Under the pieces are notes generated by a model. The model ran no database searches. It was not told the origin of the DNA and saw only the letters and a list, made by a program, of their open reading frames with translations. Made by a program: the position numbers and the translations under genes. This document shows positions 37,138 through 47,795 of a DNA stretch of 64,000 nucleotides, in pieces. This DNA comes from Candidatus Tectimicrobiota bacterium. Its GTDB lineage: Bacteria; JACPUC01. The DNA is taken from positions 1 to 64,000 of the forward strand of contig JACPUC010000012.1 of assembly GCA_016192455.1 (NCBI GenBank), written 5' to 3'. Numbering within the stretch: the first letter of the stretch is position 1; each line of letters begins with the position of its first letter.

Positions 37138-38745
37138 TTATGGGCTTCCGGGGGTGCGCGGTCGCCGCCAATTACCCCAACGGAACTCGTAGCCGGTGCC
37201 GAGGAAGAGGGTGCGGAAATCCGGGTCGAGCAGATCGTCGACCCCAGCGGTGGCGTAGAACCCTCCCCGGAGATTCAGCCGGGTGCGAAAGGTCAGGTGC
37301 GGGTCGTCACGCCGGTCGCGAAACGCGTCGCCGCTGAAATCGTAGGCATCGACTCCAAAGGAGAGGCGGTCGCCCCAGGTCGAGAAGTCCGCCCCCACGC
37401 CGAAGGTATTCTCGATGACCCCTGCCCGCAGGGCGAGGGCCCCAAGCCGCCTGGCGAACTGGAAGCTGTAGCGCAGGTCCTCCAGCTCGCTCTCGCCGCT
37501 GCCGCGGCGCCGCGGATCGGTTACGGCCTCGAAGAGGAACGCGCTCTCCAGACTCGGCTCGAAGGCGAAGGAGAAGTACCCTTTCGTTCGATCTTCCTCA
37601 AGCTGGTGTTCCGCGCGCAGGCCGAAGCTGCCGCGGAACCCTTGCAGCCGCTGCATGACGCCGCGCACGGAGTGCAGCGACTCTCGCACATCCACCTCGA
37701 GGCCCTCATCATGGATGAGGGCGCCCAGCGTCCCCTTCCCCTCGTCGATCCTGGCCGTCAGGCGGGAGAGCGTGCCCAGGGTGGTGTCGAGATGCTTGAT
37801 GGCGTTGCGCAGCTCGTTGTACAACTGCTCGTCGGTGAGGAATTTGCCGGCGCTCCCCTGCCCGCGGACCAGCCGTGTGCTGATGGTCTCCATGGCCTCC
37901 AGCGTCGCCGGCAGCGTCTGCGTGGCTTCACGAAGGCTCGTGAGGGTGGCGGCGAGCGAGGCGCGATTTTCGGCGACGACAACCCCCATACTATCAACCA
38001 CCCGTCCCAAGCTTTCAAGGGTTTTCGGCAGCCGAGCGTTGAGGGCGGCGGTGAGACGGTGCGTCTCGCGCAGCGTCGCCGCCAGGGCGCCGGGTTCGAC
38101 GCCAAAGGTCTCGCGCAGCCTGCCGCTCATCGCCTCGAGGTTCTCCAGGGTGGCGCGCAGGCTGGCGCGATTCTCGCCGAGGAGGCTGTGCAGCTCATCG
38201 CTGAGCTGCTGGACACTGCGCAGCACCCGCGGCAGCGCCCCTTCTTCGTCCTGCGGTCCCAGGAGCGCACCGCGCAGGCTGGCAAAGGCGGAGCTCACGC
38301 TCTCCACCGCCTTGCTCACCTGCGCCATGACGAGGTCCGGATCGACCACCAGCGGCTCAGTCGGCAGCACGCCGCCGTCGGGGACAAAGTCGGCCTCCGC
38401 CGTCCCGCCCGTGATCTCGATGTACTTCTCTCCCAGCAGGCCGAAGACGCGGATGCTGGCCACGGCATTGGCGCGAACCTTCTGGTCGCGCTTCAGGCGG
38501 ATGATCACCTTCGCCCGCCCTTCTTCGAGGGCGATGTGCTCCACCCGCCCCACATCAACGCCGGCCACCTTCACCGGCGACTTCGCGTCAAGACCCGCGA
38601 CGCTGGAGAAATAGACGATCAGGCTGCGCCCGGTGCGCCGCTGCAGGAGGGTGCCAGTGCCAAGCGTGAAGGTGATGGAGAGGAGGATGGCACCCGCAAG
38701 CAACACGAAGATGCCAACCTTGACCTCGGACGACAACGATGTCAC
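37138..38745 (-). CDS. mlaD: MCE/MlaD family protein with long helical region and C-terminal beta-rich domain
   Basis: EVKVGIF TM anchor, MCE domain (VAGLDAKSPVKVAGVDVGRV, GLLGEKYIEI), helical repeats (GQGSAGKFLTDEQLY, GKGTLGALIHD), amphipathic beta-strand C-terminus. Confidence 0.9.
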   Translation of the reverse strand: MTSLSSEVKVGIFVLLAGAILLSITFTLGTGTLLQRRTGRSLIVYFSSVAGLDAKSPVKVAGVDVGRVEHIALEEGRAKVIIRLKRDQKVRANAVASIRVFGLLGEKYIEITGGTAEADFVPDGGVLPTEPLVVDPDLVMAQVSKAVESVSSAFASLRGALLGPQDEEGALPRVLRSVQQLSDELHSLLGENRASLRATLENLEAMSGRLRETFGVEPGALAATLRETHRLTAALNARLPKTLESLGRVVDSMGVVVAENRASLAATLTSLREATQTLPATLEAMETISTRLVRGQGSAGKFLTDEQLYNELRNAIKHLDTTLGTLSRLTARIDEGKGTLGALIHDEGLEVDVRESLHSVRGVMQRLQGFRGSFGLRAEHQLEEDRTKGYFSFAFEPSLESAFLFEAVTDPRRRGSGESELEDLRYSFQFARRLGALALRAGVIENTFGVGADFSTWGDRLSFGVDAYDFSGDAFRDRRDDPHLTFRTRLNLRGGFYATAGVDDLLDPDFRTLFLGTGYEFRWGNWRRPRTPGSP

Positions 38746-38985
38746 CGGCAGCCGACTCCTCTGCTGGCCCCCCTGCTCCGCCGACCGCATGCTGAATCAG
38801 GCACGGACGCGCCAGCCTCACGCGAGCGCGCCGCCCACCGGCGCGAGGGGGTTCCGACGCTGCACGGCGCCGCCCGCCCCGGCAGGCCATGCCTCTCGGC
38901 AGGCAGGCGGCCCGCACCGCTAGGTCTCGCACCTGCGCGCCGGGGTGGCGCCTCCCCGCAGCCTGCCGATGCCGGGCGCGCCACC

Positions 38986-39738
38986 CTAGTCTACCGCAAT
39001 CGGTCCCACGGCGCTCCCCTCGATGAACTGGCGCACCACCGGCTGCTCGGTCCGGCGCACCTCGTCGGGCGTTCCCTGGAAGATGATGGCGCCCTCGTAA
39101 AGCATGGCGATGCGATCGGCAATGGTATAGGCGCTCTGCATGTCATGCGTGATGGCGATGGAGGTTACGGCGAGCTGCTCGCGCATGGCGACGATGAGCT
39201 GGTTGATGGCGGCGGCGCGGATCGGGTCAAGGCCGGTTGTCGGTTCGTCGTAGAGGAGGATCTCCGGCTCGACGGCCAGGGCCCTGGCCAGGCCGACGCG
39301 TTTCCGCATGCCGCCGCTGAGCTGCGCCGGATAGAGGTGCTCGGTGCCGGGCAGGCCCACCAGGCTCAGCTTCTCGGCAACCCGATAGGCGATGACGCGC
39401 GGCTTCAGCCGGGTCTGCTCGCGCAGGAAGAAGCCGACGTTCTGGCCCACCGTCATGGAGTCGAAGAGGGCGGCATTCTGGAACAGCATGCCGAGCTTGC
39501 GCCGCAGCTCATTGAGGGAGCGCTCCGACAGCTCGTGGACGACCTGGCCGGCCACCACCACGCGGCCGCGATCCGGCCGCAGCAGGCCGATAATGTGTTT
39601 GATGAGGACACTCTTGCCGCACCCGGACGTGCCGATGACCACCAGGCTGTCGCCGCGCTCCACCTCGAGCGTCACCCCGCGCAGCACGGCAAGATCGTCG
39701 AACGACTTGTGTACCTCGTGGAACTCGATCATGGCCAT
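38986..39738 (-). CDS. mlaF: MlaF-type ABC transporter ATP-binding protein
   Basis: GTSGCGKS, FQNAALFDSMTV, LSGGMRKRV, YDEPTTGLDP. Confidence 0.93.
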   Translation of the reverse strand: MAMIEFHEVHKSFDDLAVLRGVTLEVERGDSLVVIGTSGCGKSVLIKHIIGLLRPDRGRVVVAGQVVHELSERSLNELRRKLGMLFQNAALFDSMTVGQNVGFFLREQTRLKPRVIAYRVAEKLSLVGLPGTEHLYPAQLSGGMRKRVGLARALAVEPEILLYDEPTTGLDPIRAAAINQLIVAMREQLAVTSIAITHDMQSAYTIADRIAMLYEGAIIFQGTPDEVRRTEQPVVRQFIEGSAVGPIAVD

Positions 39739-39914
39739 GGCCGCAGGCTCATTCCCCCGTGTCCCCAGGGTGCTCGCTCGAATCCTTGGCCGGCGTTGCT
39801 CGCGGCCGCTTCATCCGCTGGCGTCGCGCTGCCCTCCGAGGCGCCTCGCGGGCGCCCGCGCCGCGCCGCCTGCCTGCCGGTAAGCAGGGCGGGCCGGTCT
39901 TCCACGCGCTCGCC

Positions 39915-40730
39915 TCAGTAGAAGAGCGCCGTCAAGAAGTAATCCGAGATGAGGATGCCGAGCGACGCGAAGACGACGGCGCGCGTGGCGGCCCTGCCGA
40001 CTCCGGAGGCTCCCTCCTCCGCATGGAACCCTTCCGCGCAGCCGACGATGCTCACCATCATCCCAAAGACGACGGATTTCGCCAAGCCGGTGTAGACATC
40101 CGCCGTCTCGAGCATGTACGTGGTGTTCCGCACGTAGACGTTCGGGTTGCTGTTGAAGATGTAGACGGCGACGATGTAACCGCCGACGATGCCGACGAGG
40201 TCGGCGATGATCGTCAGCAGGGGGAGGACGACGGCGGAGGCCAGGAAGCGGGGCACGACAAGGTACTTGACGGGGTTCGTGGCGAGGGAGATCAACGCAT
40301 CGATCTGCTCGGTCACCTTCATGGTGCCGATCTCGGCGGCCATGGCGGAGCCGGCGCGGCCGGCGACCATCAGCCCGGTGATCACGGGACCGAGCTCGCG
40401 CGTGATGGAGAGCGCCACCACCGAGGCGACCAGGGTCTCGGCGTTGAAGCGGCGGAAGGCGATGTAGCTCTGCAGCGCCAGGACCATGCCGGTGAAGGTG
40501 GTGGTGACGAGCACCACCGGCAGCGAGTTCACCCCCACCAGCTCCATCTGCTTGACGATGAGGCGCAGGCGGTAAGGAGGCTCGACGCTCTGGCGCAGCG
40601 TCTGCAGCCAGAGGTGGGCGATCGAGCCGCAACTCCCGCAGAGCCGCAACAGCCCGGCGCCGAGCGAGCCCACGAAGCGCCACCCCACCCCCCGCGGCTG
40701 CTGCATCTGCAGGCTGGCGTTGCGTTCCAC
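39915..40730 (-). CDS. mlaE: MlaE-type ABC transporter permease
   Basis: GVNSLP, RELGPV..L.VAGR.GS..AAEIGTMKVTEQIDAL, VGRAATRAVV; start uncertain. Confidence 0.94.
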   Translation of the reverse strand: MERNASLQMQQPRGVGWRFVGSLGAGLLRLCGSCGSIAHLWLQTLRQSVEPPYRLRLIVKQMELVGVNSLPVVLVTTTFTGMVLALQSYIAFRRFNAETLVASVVALSITRELGPVITGLMVAGRAGSAMAAEIGTMKVTEQIDALISLATNPVKYLVVPRFLASAVVLPLLTIIADLVGIVGGYIVAVYIFNSNPNVYVRNTTYMLETADVYTGLAKSVVFGMMVSIVGCAEGFHAEEGASGVGRAATRAVVFASLGILISDYFLTALFY

Positions 40731-40840
40731 CGCCGTCGTCTCGCCCTCTGGAGGCTTCCTTGCCGCGGGGCCCGCGCCCGCGCCCACGGGGTCCCCGGGC
40801 CGCGGCGGCCGCGGCGCGGCAGGGCCCGGGGCTGCCGGCG

Positions 40841-42235
40841 CTACCCCTCCCGCACCTCATCGTAAACCGCCGGCAGGCCCACGTCATCCCGCGGGGTGTA
40901 GTTCTCGAACGCCGTGCTCTCCTTGTGGAAGTGCAGGGTCATGGATCCCGTGGGACCGTTCCGTTGCTTGCCGATGATGATCTGCGCCTTGCCGCGGTTC
41001 TCCTCGGTTTCGTGGTAGAACTCCTCGCGGAAGACAAACATCACCACATCGGCATCCTGCTCGATGGCGCCGGACTCGCGCAGGTCGGCAAGCTGCGGGC
41101 GCCGGTCGGTGCGCTGCTCGACGGCGCGGCTGAGCTGCGACAGCGCCACCACGGGCACCTTCAACTCTTTTGCCAGGGCCTTGAGCGAGCGGGTGATCTC
41201 CGAGACCTCGAGATGGCGCGCGTCCTCGCGGCGCCGCGAACGCATGAGCTGCAGGTAGTCGATGATCACCAGGCTCAAGCCCGGGCCGTTGTGCAGCTCG
41301 CGCTGCAGGCGGCGGCACTTGGCGCGAATCTCGAGGGCGCTCTGGGCGGGCGCGTCGTCGATGAAGATGGGCGCTTCGCTGAGGTCCGCCGCCGCGCCCG
41401 TAAGCTTCGGCCAGTCCTCCTTGCGCAGGCGACCGGCCTTCAGGCGCGAGGAGTCGATGCGCGTGCGCGAGCAGAGCAGGCGGAAGCCGAGCTGCTCCTT
41501 CGACATCTCCAGGCTGAAGAAGACGACGCCGCGCTTCGCCTCCACGCCGACGTGCTCGGCGATGTTCAGGCAGAGGGAGGTCTTGCCCATGCTGGGCCGG
41601 CCGGCAACGACGATGAGGTCGGAGGGCTGGAAGCCGTGGGTCATGTGGTCGAGGTCGTCAAACCCTGTCGGCACGCCGGTGATGTGGCTCTTGTTGGCAA
41701 CGAGCTGCTCGATGGTGCCGATGCTCTGGATCATCAGCTCGGACATGGTGCTGAAGCCAGGCCTGATCTTCTGATCGGAGAGATCGAAGATCGCCTTCTC
41801 GGCGCGGTCGAGGAGCTCATCGACATCGCCGCCCTCATCGTAGCAGTCGCCGACGATCTGCGTGGCCGCCTTGATGAGGTTGCGGAGCACGGCGCGTTCT
41901 TTGACGATGCGGGCGTAGTACGTGATGTTCGCGGCGGTGGGGATGCTGTCGGCGAGGGTGGCGAGGTAACTGACGCCGCCGACCTCCTCGAGCGCGCCGC
42001 TCTTCCCCAACCGATCGCTGATGGTGATAAGGTCGATCGGCTCGTTCTTCTCGAAGAGCGAGACGGCGGCGGCGAAGATTCGGCGATGAGCCTCGCGATA
42101 GAGATCGCCGTCAGAGAGGATGTCGAGGACCTTGGCGATGGCGTCTTGATCGATGAGGAGCGCCCCGAGGACGCACTGCTCGGCTTCGAGGTTTTGCGGC
42201 GGCAGCTTATGGAGTCCCAGATTTGGCGCCTCCAC
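40841..42235 (-). CDS. dnaB: Replicative DNA helicase
   Basis: PPQNLEAEQ, AGRPSMGKT, SLEM, IDYLQL, SQLSR, DLRESGAIEQDAD, KQRNGPTG. Confidence 0.98.
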   Translation of the reverse strand: MEAPNLGLHKLPPQNLEAEQCVLGALLIDQDAIAKVLDILSDGDLYREAHRRIFAAAVSLFEKNEPIDLITISDRLGKSGALEEVGGVSYLATLADSIPTAANITYYARIVKERAVLRNLIKAATQIVGDCYDEGGDVDELLDRAEKAIFDLSDQKIRPGFSTMSELMIQSIGTIEQLVANKSHITGVPTGFDDLDHMTHGFQPSDLIVVAGRPSMGKTSLCLNIAEHVGVEAKRGVVFFSLEMSKEQLGFRLLCSRTRIDSSRLKAGRLRKEDWPKLTGAAADLSEAPIFIDDAPAQSALEIRAKCRRLQRELHNGPGLSLVIIDYLQLMRSRRREDARHLEVSEITRSLKALAKELKVPVVALSQLSRAVEQRTDRRPQLADLRESGAIEQDADVVMFVFREEFYHETEENRGKAQIIIGKQRNGPTGSMTLHFHKESTAFENYTPRDDVGLPAVYDEVREG

Positions 42236-42372
42236 GCTCGTTTCCTTCTTTCGGCTTCCTCTCCGAGCCGGAGCGGGACGGCCTCTGCGGCGTTGGCGCG
42301 GTGGTCTGCGGCTCCTCCTTCGCCGGGGGGCCGCGCCCACCCCTGGCGCGGCGGCGCCGTGGCGGCGCTGCC

Positions 42373-42828
42373 TTACTCGGCTTCCTCCTCGCGCGTCACC
42401 ACAACCCGCAGCTTTGCCGTCACCTCGGGGTGGAGCTTGATCGGGACCACGGTTTCGCCCAGGGTCTTAATGGGTTCCTCGAGATCGATCCTGCGGCGGT
42501 CGATGCTGAACCCCTGGGTGGTGAGGAGTTCGGCGACATCCATGCTCGTCACCGAGCCGAAGAGCCGATCGCTTTCGCCCGTCTTGCGCACGAACGTGCA
42601 GTGGGTCTGCTCCAGGCGCGTGGCGAGGTTTGCGGCATCGGCGTAGTGCCGCTGCAGCTTCTCGCGCTTCACCTTCAGCTCACGATCGAGGGCCTGCAGG
42701 TTGGGCGTATTGGCGGGGACCGCGAGGCCGCGCGGCAGCAGGAAATTGCGGGCATAGCCGTCCTTGACGTTGACGGTGTCTCCCACCATGCCAAGCTTTC
42801 CCATGCTCTCTTTCAGGATGACCTTCAT
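42373..42828 (-). CDS. rplI: 50S ribosomal protein L9
   Basis: MKVIL...LG..GD.V.VKDGYARNFLLP, LFGSVT, IKTLG, LHPEV. Confidence 0.98.
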   Translation of the reverse strand: MKVILKESMGKLGMVGDTVNVKDGYARNFLLPRGLAVPANTPNLQALDRELKVKREKLQRHYADAANLATRLEQTHCTFVRKTGESDRLFGSVTSMDVAELLTTQGFSIDRRRIDLEEPIKTLGETVVPIKLHPEVTAKLRVVVTREEEAE

Positions 42829-42881
42829 ACCTTGGATTCTCCTCGGCCGGTGCGGCATCCGCCGGCTCGCTGCCGCGCCGC

Positions 42882-43082
42882 CTAGTGTTACGTCACACAA
42901 ATTCCATCCTTAATCGGACGCCTTCTTCGGGCCATGTGGTGGGGGAGTTTTTGCGCAAGACCTTTGCTTCCCCACACCCCCAATCCCCGCGAGCTGCGCA
43001 GTAGCTCGCGTAGTCGGGGTGCGCGAGGAGGCGAGACTCCCTCGCAAATTCTTGCGATAGAATTTGTGAAACAGCACACTGG
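42882..43082. mobile_element. MITE-like non-autonomous element (about 200 bp)
   Basis: Imperfect terminal inverted repeats ctagtgttacgtcacacaaattc and gaatttgtgaaacagcacactgg, internal hairpins, lower GC, inserted between yybS and rplI. Confidence 0.6.
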
Positions 43083-43188
43083 CCAGCCGCTCCCGCCTTC
43101 ACGTCTCGCCCCCATCGTTCGCGCCGGGCGAACAAACCCTCGTGAACGTGGCGCAGGCGCGACCTCCAACCTGCCGCCCGCTCGCGGG

Positions 43189-44142
43189 CTAGCCGCCGGG
43201 CAACGCGGGCGGACGGGGGAGGCGCCGCACATTGAACCAGCAGTCGAACACCCCCACGGCCGCCAGGACGAGGGGCGCCATGAGGAGCACCCCATAGCCG
43301 GCCGCGCGAAGCGCGCCTGGCAGGCGACTGCGGGCCAGGTAGAAGTGGGCCACGGCCAGACCGTGGAGGAAGAAGAGGAGCGCCAATACCAGGAGGACAT
43401 TGGCGGCGCCCACCCGCAGCAGCCGCACCGGCAAGAGGAGCGCCGCGCCGCTGGCGAGGCCGACGAGCAGGCTTGGCCAGGGAGCGCTCCAGAGACCGAG
43501 ATCAGGATCGCGCGGGATGCCGGCGCCGCCCCAGCGCGGCAAAATCCGCCGCACCATCAGGAGGTTGGCCGTCACGCCCGCCAGCGCTAGGCTCACCAGC
43601 AGCCCCGGCACCATCAGGCGCAGGCTCCGCCCCAGGCGAGCCGCCATCGTGCGCATCGCGGCGAGCTGCGCGTCGTTCTGCCCCACCTTCCGATAAGCCT
43701 CGAGGGTCGCCTCGAAGGTTGCTTCGATGTTGCTGGTGAGCGCCGCCAGCGGTGGCTCCTCGCTCACCACCTGAGCCACGCCGAGAAGGAGGGCGCCTGC
43801 CAGCACCACCGCCGCGACGCTGCCGCCGACTACAAGGTTCGTGGGGGCGCGCCGCTGCAGCGCCTCGCTCATCGCCACCGCCGCCACGACGTACTGCGCC
43901 GCGAAGAGGAGGGCGATGGAGCTGCCGAGCAGCAGGGTCACGCCGCCCATCGACAACAGACCGGCGATCGCGGCCACTCTCCAGCCGAAACGCAGACCAG
44001 CCAGGACGAGCGGGGTGGGGGTGAAGAGCGCCAGCAGATCACCGAGCAGCGGCAGGACCCCCGGCGCCAGGAACAGCATAAAGCTTCCGGCGGCTGTCCC
44101 TAGAATGGCACGCACCTGACCCACCGCTCCACGCCCGTCCAC
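43189..44142 (-). CDS. YybS/DUF2232 family membrane protein
   Basis: Multi-TM protein, F.PTPL, FLHGLAV, GVFDCWFNVR; conserved position between rpsR and rplI. Confidence 0.85.
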   Translation of the reverse strand: MDGRGAVGQVRAILGTAAGSFMLFLAPGVLPLLGDLLALFTPTPLVLAGLRFGWRVAAIAGLLSMGGVTLLLGSSIALLFAAQYVVAAVAMSEALQRRAPTNLVVGGSVAAVVLAGALLLGVAQVVSEEPPLAALTSNIEATFEATLEAYRKVGQNDAQLAAMRTMAARLGRSLRLMVPGLLVSLALAGVTANLLMVRRILPRWGGAGIPRDPDLGLWSAPWPSLLVGLASGAALLLPVRLLRVGAANVLLVLALLFFLHGLAVAHFYLARSRLPGALRAAGYGVLLMAPLVLAAVGVFDCWFNVRRLPRPPALPGG

Positions 44143-44192
44143 CTGCGGCCTCCTGTGCGCCCCTCGGGGGAAACGCGTGCGGGGAGGCGCTG

Positions 44193-44447
44193 CTAGTGCT
44201 CGAGCGTGAACGGCATCAGCGCAATGTTCCTGGCGCGCTTCACGGCGATCGTCAGTTGCAGCTGATGGCGGCGGCAGTTGCCGGAGATGCGCCGCGGGAT
44301 GATCTTGCCCCGCTCGCTCGTCAGGTTGCGCAACCGCTTCACATCCTTGTAGTCAATGAACGGGACTTGGTCGGCGCAGAAGCGACAGATCTTGACGCGT
44401 TGAAAGCGGCGTTTCTTTTTCTTTTTCTTCGTTACCGGGATTGCCAT
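44193..44447 (-). CDS. rpsR: 30S ribosomal protein S18 (zinc-binding C+ type)
   Basis: [30 protein letters not shown]. Confidence 0.98.
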   Translation of the reverse strand: MAIPVTKKKKKKRRFQRVKICRFCADQVPFIDYKDVKRLRNLTSERGKIIPRRISGNCRRHQLQLTIAVKRARNIALMPFTLEH

Positions 44448-44616
44448 GCCACCTACTCTCTCTCAGGCACTCCGGCAAGGAATGCCGAGAATTCCCGAGC
44501 GCTCCGGCGCCAGTTCCCTGACGCCCGCGCCTCCCAGAACAACGCACCTTCCTCGACCAGATCGCTTCCTGGGCCAGGATCCTTGGCCAGAGGATCGAGA
44601 AGATCGTCTGGCGTCC

Positions 44617-45048
44617 TTAGAACGGGATGTCATCCTCGCCGGCGGCGCGATCGTTCACCGCATCTTGGGAGGCCGCCGGGGAGGCGCCGCTGCTCTTGCC
44701 CCCGCCAGCCGCGCCCCCACCCGGGCGACCGAGGAACTGCACGTTCGACGCCACCACCTCGAGTTTGCTCCGTTTCTGGCCTTCCTGCGACTCCCACTGG
44801 CGATAGTTAAGCCGCCCCTCGACGAGGACGGGTTGGCCCTTGTTGAGGTACTCGCTGCAGTTCTCAGCGGTGCGGCCAAAGACCGTGATGTCAACAAAGC
44901 AGGGCACTTCCTTCCACTCGTCGCCCTGCTTCACCCGGTCGTTCACCGCCAGGCCGAAGCTCGTCACCGCCGTGCCGGAGGCCGTGTAGCGCAGCTCCGG
45001 GTCGCGCGTCAGGTTGCCGAGCAAGTAGACCTTGTTCAGGCTGGCCAT
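44617..45048 (-). CDS. ssb: Single-stranded DNA-binding protein
   Basis: [18 protein letters not shown]-terminal DDIPF. Confidence 0.98.
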   Translation of the reverse strand: MASLNKVYLLGNLTRDPELRYTASGTAVTSFGLAVNDRVKQGDEWKEVPCFVDITVFGRTAENCSEYLNKGQPVLVEGRLNYRQWESQEGQKRSKLEVVASNVQFLGRPGGGAAGGGKSSGASPAASQDAVNDRAAGEDDIPF

Positions 45049-45518
45049 CAGGGGCTCTCCTCGGGGGGATCACCTGGGGCTGCCTCTTCCTCCTGCACCG
45101 AGACCACCGACGACGCCTGAGCCGCTGCTTGCCCCCCAGCCTCGCCCTGCTTCGTTGCGGCGTCCTGCGCCTCGGACACGGCGGGTCGCCCGCGCGACTT
45201 GTGCTCCTCGATCATGGCCAGCACGTCGCGCTCGCGCTCAACCCGCACCACGATGCTCTTGATGACCTGCTCGTTGATCCGGTAGAAGCGCTCGAGCTTG
45301 CTGATCTGTTCCGCCTCGCCGCGGAAGTAGGCCAGCGTATAGTAGCCATATTTGTGCTTCTTCACCATGTACGCAAGGCGTTTCTTCCCCCAAGAGTCCA
45401 CGCGCAGGACGTCCAAGTTCAGCCGCGCAAGCTCTCCCAGAATGCCGCGCGCCACCTCTTCCGCCTGCTCATCGCTCAGGTCAGAGCGCAGGATGAAAAT
45501 CGTCTCGTACAGTCGCAA
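45048..45518 (-). CDS. rpsF: 30S ribosomal protein S6
   Basis: [17 protein letters not shown]...GYY; TTG start after GGAGGTGA. Confidence 0.96.
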   Translation of the reverse strand: MRLYETIFILRSDLSDEQAEEVARGILGELARLNLDVLRVDSWGKKRLAYMVKKHKYGYYTLAYFRGEAEQISKLERFYRINEQVIKSIVVRVERERDVLAMIEEHKSRGRPAVSEAQDAATKQGEAGGQAAAQASSVVSVQEEEAAPGDPPEESP

Positions 45519-45625
45519 GGTCTCACCTCCTTCGCGGGGGGTGTCCGCCGCCGGCCGTTCCCCGGCGCGCCGCGCCGAGACGGCCTGGCCGCCCATGCGG
45601 CCGGGCGCGTCCAGCCCCCTCCGGC

Positions 45626-47602
45626 TCACTTGGCAAGGAGCGGGGCAATGACGAGCGACACCACCGACATGAGCTTGATCAAAATATTCATCGAGGGGCC
45701 GGAGGTATCCTTGAACGGGTCGCCGACGGTATCGCCGACCACGGCGGCCTTGTGGGCTTCCGACCCTTTGCCCCCAAGGTGGCCTGCCTCGATGTACTTC
45801 TTGGCATTATCCCACGCGCCGCCGCCGTTGGCCATCATCAAGGCGAGGAGCACCCCGGCGAGGGTAGCGCCGGCCAGCATGCCGCCCAATCCGTGCGGCC
45901 CCAGCAGCAACCCAACCAGGATCGGCGCCAGCACCGCCGTCAGACCGGGCAGCACCATCTCCTTCAGAGCCGAGGTGGCGCTGATCTGCACGCAGCGGGC
46001 TGAATCGGCTTTCGCCTTGCCCTCCATGAGGCCGGGGATCTCGCGGAACTGGCGGCGGATTTCCTCCACCATGGCGCCCGCCGCGCGGCCCACCGAGGTC
46101 ATCGTGAGGGCGGCGATGAAGAACGGCAGGATGCCGCCGATGAACAGCCCGATGATCACCGTCGGTTCGGTGATGTCGATGGTCTCCAGCCCGGCCACTT
46201 TGCTGTAGGCCGTGAAGAGGGCCAGGGCGGTGAGCGCCGCCGAGCCGATGGCGAACCCCTTGCCGATCGCCGCCGTGGTGTTGCCGAGGGAATCGAGCGA
46301 ATCGGTGATCTTGCGCGTCTCCGGTCCCAGCCCGGCCATCTCCGAGATGCCGCCGGCGTTATCGGCGATGGGACCATACGCATCGACCGACATCGTCACC
46401 CCCACCGTCGCCAGCATGCCGACCGCGGCAATGGCGATGCCATAGAGTCCCGCCCACTTGGCCGCGAGGAAGATGGCCAGGCAGATGACCAGCATAGGCA
46501 GGGCGGTGCTCTCCATGCCGACGGCAAGGCCGGAGATAATGTTCGTCGCCGAGCCGGTGCGCGACGCGTCGGCGATGCGCCGAATGGGCCGCGCCGAGGT
46601 GTAGTACTCGGTGATGCCGCCGATGAGGATACCGGCGAGGGTGCCGCTCAGCAGGGCCCAGAAGAGGCCGCTGCCGTTCCCCACCCCAAGGCCTGTCACC
46701 ACAAGATAGGACCCAACCAGGAAGAGCAGGGCGGCGATGAAGGTGGAGTAGCGCAGCGCCGCCGCCGGGCTCAGCTTCTCCAGGATGCGGATCGCCAGGA
46801 TGCCGATGACCGAGGCGATGAGGCCGAGCATGACGAGGAGGAGGGGGATGGCCATGTACTGCGGCGCCTGCGCTCCCATGGTCGCCCCGATGGCAATGCT
46901 GGCGACGATGGAGCCGACGTACGACTCGAAGATGTCCGCCCCCATGCCGGCGGTGTCCCCGACGCAGTCCCCCACATTGTCGGCGATGACGCCGGGGTTG
47001 CGCGGATCGTCCTCGGGGATGCCGGCCTCTAGCTTGCCGACGAGGTCGGCGCCGACGTCGGCCGACTTCGTATAGATGCCGCCTCCGACACGGGCGAAGA
47101 GGGCGATTGAGCTGGCGCCCATGGCGAAGCCGTTGATCGAGGCGGCCTGCTCGACGGTGCCGTAGAGGGCGAAGAAGATGCCGACGCCGATGAGACCGAG
47201 GCTAGCGACCGAGAGCCCCATGACGGCGCCGCCGGCGAAGGCCACGCGCAGCGCCAACCCCTGGCCCGACTCCTTGGCGGCTTGCGCGGTGCGCACGTTC
47301 GCCCGGGTCGCCGCCTTCATCCCGAAGAAGCCGGCCAGCATCGAGCAGGCGGCGCCGCTGACGAAGGCCACGGCGGTGCTCCAGCCAATGTACCACCCCA
47401 GGAGAAGGAACACGACGGCGATGAAGACGACGAGGATCGAGTACTCGCGGCGCAGGAAGACCATCGCGCCATCATGAATGGCCGCGGCGATCTCGCGCAT
47501 GCTCTCGGTCCCATCTGGCTGATGCTTAATGAACCGGTACAGGAGCCAGGCGATGATGAGACCGATCACGCCCAGCCAGGGGGCGAAGCGTACGTAAGAC
47601 AT
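45626..47602 (-). CDS. hppA: Membrane-integral pyrophosphatase, K+-dependent type (probably Na+-translocating)
   Basis: [36 protein letters not shown] (Ala, K+-dependent), [26 protein letters not shown]. Confidence 0.96.
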   Translation of the reverse strand: MSYVRFAPWLGVIGLIIAWLLYRFIKHQPDGTESMREIAAAIHDGAMVFLRREYSILVVFIAVVFLLLGWYIGWSTAVAFVSGAACSMLAGFFGMKAATRANVRTAQAAKESGQGLALRVAFAGGAVMGLSVASLGLIGVGIFFALYGTVEQAASINGFAMGASSIALFARVGGGIYTKSADVGADLVGKLEAGIPEDDPRNPGVIADNVGDCVGDTAGMGADIFESYVGSIVASIAIGATMGAQAPQYMAIPLLLVMLGLIASVIGILAIRILEKLSPAAALRYSTFIAALLFLVGSYLVVTGLGVGNGSGLFWALLSGTLAGILIGGITEYYTSARPIRRIADASRTGSATNIISGLAVGMESTALPMLVICLAIFLAAKWAGLYGIAIAAVGMLATVGVTMSVDAYGPIADNAGGISEMAGLGPETRKITDSLDSLGNTTAAIGKGFAIGSAALTALALFTAYSKVAGLETIDITEPTVIIGLFIGGILPFFIAALTMTSVGRAAGAMVEEIRRQFREIPGLMEGKAKADSARCVQISATSALKEMVLPGLTAVLAPILVGLLLGPHGLGGMLAGATLAGVLLALMMANGGGAWDNAKKYIEAGHLGGKGSEAHKAAVVGDTVGDPFKDTSGPSMNILIKLMSVVSLVIAPLLAK

Positions 47603-47795
47603 GCCCTCTCCTTCCTGCGCAGCGAGCAGGCGCCGCCTCTGAAATCGTCCATCCTCCGTCAGCCGCCAGGGGGCCGAACGCGGCGCCACCGCTCGGCATT
47701 CCGCCTGCAGCCGCAACGTGGGGTTCAACCCTCTGCGACGCCCTCGGCAAAGCGCGGCGCTCCGGCCGGCGCCTCACGCCACGCCACCGGGGGGG

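Noticed and set aside
37297..39921. Very long antisense ORFs (874 aa here; also 6939-9023, 17095-19212, 21847-23676, 52644-54833, 56517-58652)
   Set aside because: Shadow frames opposite well-supported genes, expected in high-GC DNA; no recognisable motifs
45519..45645. S6:S18 autoregulatory leader upstream of rpsF
   Set aside because: A hairpin covering the SD is plausible, but I could not match the conserved structure by eye; needs an Infernal search
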